DNA of 48,024 bases from contig CAYFHS010000032.1 in NCBI GenBank assembly GCA_964342815.1, positions 1 through 48,024 on the forward strand, read 5' to 3'. A program made the translations under genes and the position numbers. Every line of letters begins with the position of its first letter. Positions within the stretch are counted from its first letter, which is position 1. Shown here piece after piece: positions 42,649 to 48,024 of this stretch. This DNA is from an uncultured archaeon (GTDB taxonomy: Archaea; Thermoplasmatota; Penumbrarchaeia; JASLWR01). The notes beneath the pieces were generated by a model that made no database searches, was not told the origin of the DNA, and saw only the letters and a program-made list of their open reading frames with translations.

Positions 42649-45600
42649 TCAATTCGGAGGGGGTGGGCTTGGCGTCTGGGTGGCTGGCGTTGGTGGTACC
42701 GCCGATGTTTGGTACGGAGGTACCGGTCCTGGTTGGGTTTGTGCTGGTGATGTTGCAGGGGGAGCTGGTGATGTTGATACCACAGGGGGAGTTGGTGTTG
42801 TTGAGGGTACAGGAGGAATTTGTGTTGGTGAGGGAATGGGAGTGGTTCCAGGGCTTGAAGGTACCGTTCTATCATTCATAGGGGTCGGCGGTGGGACTTT
42901 GTAGAGATGCTCACCCGGTATCTGGGGCGTCGGAGTTGGTTTTTGATACGGATGGGCCGATGGTACACTTGTTGTCTGTATCTCATATTTACCGTCAACG
43001 AAGAGGAAATCGATTATTTCGCCATCATCTTTTTCAACTTCAGCTTCGTCTGTTTCCGTCTGGCCCACCACCTGGCGTGTATGCATATCGATTACAACGG
43101 AGTACTGCGGTAGAGCAAGCCTTTTTTTCTGTTCAGGAAGAGTCTTTTGGGGTGCTGCAGTACCTGGGGGAAGTTTCTTCAATTTTTCTTTTTCCTCAAA
43201 CAGCTCCTTTGCATCAGGCATTATCCGCTTTGCCACAACCCCGCCTATGATGTCGGGAACAAAGGTAACTTCAGCCATATCCGTACCCTTTTCCCTCTCC
43301 AGCAGTTCAGCAGGAATCCTGTTCTTGACTTTTCTGATAACTAAAAGAATGACCAGTATTACGAACAGAAGTAATATCACTATCAGCACCATGAAGAAAG
43401 TGGTCTTGTTCTTTTGCCAGTATGTGGGTCCTGCTGACTTTTTCTCGATAACCCGGATGGAGAGAGGCTCACTGGTAACGGAGGAATGATCCGAAAAATC
43501 GGAAGTGGTTGACGCCGTGATGATGAAATTACCCAGTATCCCTGTTTTTTCAGGGACGAGTATTTTCAATATGATGATGTACTCTTCCTCGGAACGCAGA
43601 GTAATGTTACGCTTTGAAAGGGTGATGAAGGGATCGATGGTAGCATCGTTTGAAAGAGTAACCGTAACATTGTCCGGATTGGTTCCGCGGTTCACCACGC
43701 GGAGATTGAATGTGTACGGCGTACCTTTTTCTACCGTCAAATTGGTCCCGGTAACGTCGAATGATATCTCAGTTATATACACTATGACCTCCAGGGTCTG
43801 GTATGCAACAGGAGAGTAACCCTCACCATCAAATACCTTTATCTGGATATAATACAGTACATTGGGGGCAAGTTCCTTGGATAATTGATATCTCGTGAAG
43901 TTCCGGACAGGATACCATGAAAGAACCTCGCCGTGGCCCTTTGATAGTCCAATTTGGATCAGATATATCAAATTGGCGTCGTCACCGTCGGGGTCAGTGG
44001 CAGGATCCCAGTTGATAAGCGGGGTTCGATTCGTTGTAACGCTGGGTGTAATATTTGCTACCTCCGAGGGAGGTTTATTACCTATTTCGGTTATCTCCAT
44101 TATTCCCTCGAACACGATGGAAAAGAATTCGCCGTCGAATGCTTTGATCTGCACATAATATTTGCCGATATCAAGTATATCTTGTACGATATAATAAGTG
44201 TCGGTGAGATTTTCCTCCCAAGGCATCACATCATCCAGGCCAGATGAAGTTCCAATTCTGAGAGAATAGGTGAGGTTGTCATCATTGATATCATACGCTC
44301 CAACCCATGTGATATTTGGACTTGTTTCCCATGTCTTTGTCGGGTATATTTCAGTGGGCGGAGATGGCGGCGCATTCCCTTCGCCGATTATGTGCAGTAA
44401 TTCCTGATGCACATATGAAAGAGAATGTCCATCGGAGACCCGTACCTGCACGTAATATGTACCGAAGGGCAGGTCCTTTTCCACCTGGTATTGTACTGCA
44501 ATGCCCGTATCGAACCAGGGAAGGATATCGTCGTAGTAGGGATGGGTGCCTATTTGAATGAAATTGTTCATTAGTGCATCGCCGTCCCCATCCGCGGCCC
44601 CAGACCAGGTTATCTTTGGTAGAGTCTCAATTGTGAAATCGGGAAGGATCCTGTTTGGTGGTGATGGGGGAAGATTAGCCAGCACGAAGAGGTCCAGAGT
44701 TTGCACCAGCGGTGTGGAGTTATCCATTCCATCGGTGGCAATCACCTCAACGAAGTAAGTATCATACGGCAGAGGTGTTTCGATCTGGTAAAATTGGTTC
44801 TTTCCAATGCTTTTCCAGGGCATCATATCCCCCATTCCCTCTTCGGTTCCTATCCTGATATAATATTCCAGTAGATAACTCTCGGTCTCATGGTCGTGGG
44901 CGCCGTACCAGTGAAGCATTGGTGATGTATCCCGCGTAGTATCGGGCAGCAATGAGTCGGGTGGAGAGGGGGGTCGATTGTAATAGAGTTCGAATATATC
45001 GGTGTTTTCGGAAAAGAGAGTATGTGATGAGAGGCCGAATCCGTCACGAACCTCTGCCTCTGCACTGTACTTTCCCGTCTCGAAGGTGTCATTAACATTG
45101 AAAGTAATATTAGCCAAGTACGTATCACCCTCATATGATGAAATTGCGATATCGCCAATATTCTCCGCGCCGGATGAATACACCGTTATTTCCTCTCCCG
45201 AAGGGCTCTTGAGTGACAATGTTAAGTCGAACAAGTCAGGTAGTGGAAGGTCCGGATCGGTGAAAGATATTTTTATTTTTACTTCCGGATCATGATAAGT
45301 GTTAAGGCGGATCGGAGACGCGCTTAACAGCTGAATTTGTGGTGGCCGGTTGTAATATATCTCGAGAGAGTTGGGATTTTCGTTAAATTCCAGTTCACAT
45401 ATTTCCACACCGTCATCAAATATTGCGAATCCAAGATCGTAACTGCCGTTTGAAAGATCCACTCCGCCCTGGAACTTGTATGAGACCAGATACGAGTTTT
45501 CGGTCAGATTGATCGTCTCGAGATCTCCCCGCCTGTCCGATCCCTGATAGATCGTAAGAATGGTCCCGTTCTCACTTCTCAAACGAATATCCATGTCCGC

Positions 45601-47184
45601 GGTTCTTAGATCGTAATCGCTGGTGATGTTATGGGTCACTGTGAAATTGAAGAATAATGGACCGCCTAGGTTCCTGTTGTAGGGGCTGGGGGCTGCCGAA
45701 GGGCTATGTATTTCGGCCTTGAACAGTTCGATCATGTCAGAATTGATCTCGTATGAAGCCTGGTCGTTTCCTCCATATCCGTCATCAACTTTAACGAAAA
45801 GGTCGTAAAATGATACATTGAGATCCTTTGGAATGTGCCAGATGTAAGAAAAATCGTAGGTATCATTGGCTCCCTTTATCACGGACAAACCTGGTGTCCC
45901 GTTTTTCCCCTCCTCTATCAGGGGAACCATGATATTTACTTCATCTCGAAGCTCCATAGTAAGCATGAAATCTGAGACGGACTGAATATCGAGGTCAGCG
46001 AATGTTCCATGAAATACGATAGTTGAATCCCCAAGAATATTTGCTCTCGCTAGGTCCGTTCCAATACTGGTCAGGTTTATTTCAGGAAAATTATCTTTCA
46101 GTTCCACTGCGTTTTCCATGGGGCCGTAACCAACACCGTCCGTAAGTCTGTCGGGATCGAATATTATGATCTTGAAATCCAAAAGACCGAATCCGTAGTC
46201 TATATCCGGGGAAAAGAAAACCGTAAGATTATAGAAGCGGTCCGCAACTTTATCGAGAGATATTTTAGGGTTATCTCGGGTTATGTTGTCAGCATATCTC
46301 AGAATGGAAATGTCATCGGAAAGGCGAACGTCAATTGTTACGGTAAAATTATCCGCGGAATGATTGTCCCGATCCCTTAGAGAGATGTTTATCATCGAGC
46401 TGTCACCCAAAAAGGGGTATAGTTCACCCGGTCCAATATCTACTGTGTCGGGTATGAACTTAGGTACGTAATTCGCTCTTATCTTTATGTTATCGATACA
46501 GATCAAATCATAGAATAACCCGTTGTTGGTACTTGTCGTGAAAATAGCTCTGAACCGAATTAGGATGTTACCGTTCTTCGGTAGCTGACTAAGATCATAT
46601 TTTCTCAATTGATAATTCGCCGGCTCCGTATCATAATTGTTGTTATCGGTGGTCGGGACCGTTTGCCATTGGGCATTCGAGTAACCGTTGCCGGGATTTC
46701 CGTCCACATCGATGTCGATCAATAACCCTTCGTTTCCTTCTATATCCTCGTAAGCATAACGGAATTCCAGTTCCACATCACTGGTGTTCCTGAGGTCTAT
46801 CCATGTGTAAATGAAACATTGTTCCCATTGCCTGTCAGCGTCTCCAGCCATGAAAACGGAATTTCCGGAATAGGCGCGGGAATTGTCATCTACCTGATTT
46901 GTCCTTTCTATGAATCCACCTCCCCCGGCCCCATGTTCGAAGGCACCCCAATCCGCATCGAAATCCTCCGATAAGATGATGGTCCCCATTCCTCGGGTAT
47001 CCATTTGCGTTGATCCCTGTAACCCTTTTTCAGGACTATTCACACATGCATGGGCTGCTTTATCCGTAGACGAGTTTAAAATGGCGTTAGTACTCCCCGT
47101 GAACATCAGTAAAGCGATGATGAATACTAATGCACGGTACACCTTTCCGGTGCATAGGGACTCTCCAGCCGAGAACGATTTCAT
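42649..47184 (-). CDS. Large single-pass surface protein: N-terminal beta-sandwich, four Ig-like repeats, four FN3-like repeats, TM, Pro-rich cytoplasmic tail
   Basis: Signal-like hydrophobic stretch; repeated NxPPS.P...W.GA.D...IG...D...W...Y...DG units; TM TTFFMVLIVILLLFVILVILLVI; Pro/Thr-rich C-terminus. Confidence 0.85.
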   Translation of the reverse strand: MKSFSAGESLCTGKVYRALVFIIALLMFTGSTNAILNSSTDKAAHACVNSPEKGLQGSTQMDTRGMGTIILSEDFDADWGAFEHGAGGGGFIERTNQVDDNSRAYSGNSVFMAGDADRQWEQCFIYTWIDLRNTSDVELEFRYAYEDIEGNEGLLIDIDVDGNPGNGYSNAQWQTVPTTDNNNYDTEPANYQLRKYDLSQLPKNGNILIRFRAIFTTSTNNGLFYDLICIDNIKIRANYVPKFIPDTVDIGPGELYPFLGDSSMINISLRDRDNHSADNFTVTIDVRLSDDISILRYADNITRDNPKISLDKVADRFYNLTVFFSPDIDYGFGLLDFKIIIFDPDRLTDGVGYGPMENAVELKDNFPEINLTSIGTDLARANILGDSTIVFHGTFADLDIQSVSDFMLTMELRDEVNIMVPLIEEGKNGTPGLSVIKGANDTYDFSYIWHIPKDLNVSFYDLFVKVDDGYGGNDQASYEINSDMIELFKAEIHSPSAAPSPYNRNLGGPLFFNFTVTHNITSDYDLRTADMDIRLRSENGTILTIYQGSDRRGDLETINLTENSYLVSYKFQGGVDLSNGSYDLGFAIFDDGVEICELEFNENPNSLEIYYNRPPQIQLLSASPIRLNTYHDPEVKIKISFTDPDLPLPDLFDLTLSLKSPSGEEITVYSSGAENIGDIAISSYEGDTYLANITFNVNDTFETGKYSAEAEVRDGFGLSSHTLFSENTDIFELYYNRPPSPPDSLLPDTTRDTSPMLHWYGAHDHETESYLLEYYIRIGTEEGMGDMMPWKSIGKNQFYQIETPLPYDTYFVEVIATDGMDNSTPLVQTLDLFVLANLPPSPPNRILPDFTIETLPKITWSGAADGDGDALMNNFIQIGTHPYYDDILPWFDTGIAVQYQVEKDLPFGTYYVQVRVSDGHSLSYVHQELLHIIGEGNAPPSPPTEIYPTKTWETSPNITWVGAYDINDDNLTYSLRIGTSSGLDDVMPWEENLTDTYYIVQDILDIGKYYVQIKAFDGEFFSIVFEGIMEITEIGNKPPSEVANITPSVTTNRTPLINWDPATDPDGDDANLIYLIQIGLSKGHGEVLSWYPVRNFTRYQLSKELAPNVLYYIQIKVFDGEGYSPVAYQTLEVIVYITEISFDVTGTNLTVEKGTPYTFNLRVVNRGTNPDNVTVTLSNDATIDPFITLSKRNITLRSEEEYIIILKILVPEKTGILGNFIITASTTSDFSDHSSVTSEPLSIRVIEKKSAGPTYWQKNKTTFFMVLIVILLLFVILVILLVIRKVKNRIPAELLEREKGTDMAEVTFVPDIIGGVVAKRIMPDAKELFEEKEKLKKLPPGTAAPQKTLPEQKKRLALPQYSVVIDMHTRQVVGQTETDEAEVEKDDGEIIDFLFVDGKYEIQTTSVPSAHPYQKPTPTPQIPGEHLYKVPPPTPMNDRTVPSSPGTTPIPSPTQIPPVPSTTPTPPVVSTSPAPPATSPAQTQPGPVPPYQTSAVPPTPATQTPSPPPPN
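43785..44985 (-). repeat. Four ~98 aa FN3-like coding repeats
   Basis: Units begin YNRPPSPP, ANLPPSPP, GNAPPSPP and GNKPPSEV, with conserved W, D, IG, W, Y and DG positions; boundaries approximate. Confidence 0.8.
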
Positions 47185-47282
47185 GGAACTTCACACTCCG
47201 TTATTCTGCTAATCCGTAACAACTACAAAGGTTAACATTAAAAAAGCTTTTTTCCAAATTTCTACTTTCTCTGTTTAATGAG

Positions 47283-47534
47283 GTGTTGGACCTAAGCGAC
47301 ACCAGTGGGCTCATGGTTAGTGTTGGAACACAATACAAATGGGACGTAGTTGCCAAGCAGTGTGTCTGGAAGACCGATGTCGACCGCTGCGATACTTTCA
47401 TGCAATGTATGAAGTTCAATGTCGGTAACAAGAAACCGAACTGGAGGGATTATAGCTATACCTATCCCGGTCACCAGAGCCGGTATGAGATAATCGACGA
47501 ATGTTTGAAACTGGTAATGGCAAACGGTTTATGA
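47283..47534 (+). CDS. Small hypothetical protein (start at 47283 or 47313)
   Basis: ORF divergent from the 1511 aa gene, with a GAGGTG RBS-like sequence nearby; no motif recognised. Confidence 0.45.
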   Translation: MLDLSDTSGLMVSVGTQYKWDVVAKQCVWKTDVDRCDTFMQCMKFNVGNKKPNWRDYSYTYPGHQSRYEIIDECLKLVMANGL

Positions 47535-47619
47535 TATTTCGCTTTTCAGGTTCTCTTTTTTTGCTTATACTGGTTACTTTGTCCTGAATATTCTTGAAAA
47601 AGGCTGTGTTGATAAAAAA

Positions 47620-47928
47620 TCAAAGAGCTCTATGAAGAATCTCTTTGAAACTTTTTGAAAATCTATGAACATCGTAAGGTAAAGATGGAACTTCTCCGTA
47701 AACTAACTTTTTTGATATATCAACAAGGAAAATGTTCCCACCTCCACCTTTAAGTCTAAATACACCCCCCAATCCATAGCTATCTCTTTTTATCACATGT
47801 ATAGTTTCTGTATCTATTTTATTGGCTATAATACCGTATAAAAAACATCTACCCCAAATCCAACTTTTTGAATTTCTGGAAATATGTTTGAAAATCTTTT
47901 GGTACATCGTTATATTGTCTTCCGTCAA
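47620..47928 (-). CDS. Hypothetical protein in an AT-rich stretch
   Basis: 102-codon ORF starting with TTG; no motif recognised. Confidence 0.3.
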   Translation of the reverse strand: MTEDNITMYQKIFKHISRNSKSWIWGRCFLYGIIANKIDTETIHVIKRDSYGLGGVFRLKGGGGNIFLVDISKKLVYGEVPSLPYDVHRFSKSFKEILHRAL

Positions 47929-48024
47929 CTTGTTTGTTATAGATATTAGGATGTGCCATTTTGTTAATGTAAGGCCTTGACGCTAAACTCGAATTAGAAT
48001 AACATTTTTTACTTTTTTTGATAA

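Overview
Chromosomal window of about 48 kb. It is most likely from an uncultured archaeon of Thermoplasmata type. This is inferred from DUF504, an archaeal MiaB-like/MtaB methylthiotransferase, an AGVLYMW pilin-like segment, GGTGA/GAGGTG ribosome-binding sites, TATA-like boxes and bacterial-type gyrase. The housekeeping core is a DAGK-family kinase, ARMT1/DUF89 phosphatase, ClC-family protein, mtaB, gyrB-gyrA-gap (type I GAPDH) and psd. It is interleaved with many large secreted or single-pass surface proteins: an FG-GAP protein cut by the left edge and absent from the ORF track; a ~2350 aa transglutaminase with ~48 Asp-rich Ca-binding repeats; a BNR propeller; a repeat lipoprotein ending in DUF2318; two paralogous ~1.3k aa proteins with cytoplasmic zinc ribbons; and a 1511 aa Ig/FN3 protein with a Pro-rich tail. 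The least explained elements are: (1) a ~500 nt ORF-free stretch at 16955-17450 made of about 13 near back-to-back hairpins, a candidate large ncRNA on the minus strand, in a co-oriented run with an RRM protein, a QNG1 queuosine-salvage homologue and a minimal FtsX/LolD-type ABC pair; (2) a second GC-rich structured intergenic element at 2385-2582; (3) recurring zinc-ribbon modules on membrane proteins and on an RHH regulator, which could form a trans-membrane signalling set. No tRNA, rRNA, CRISPR array or transposase was recognised. All family calls come from motif recognition by eye; no database searches were run.
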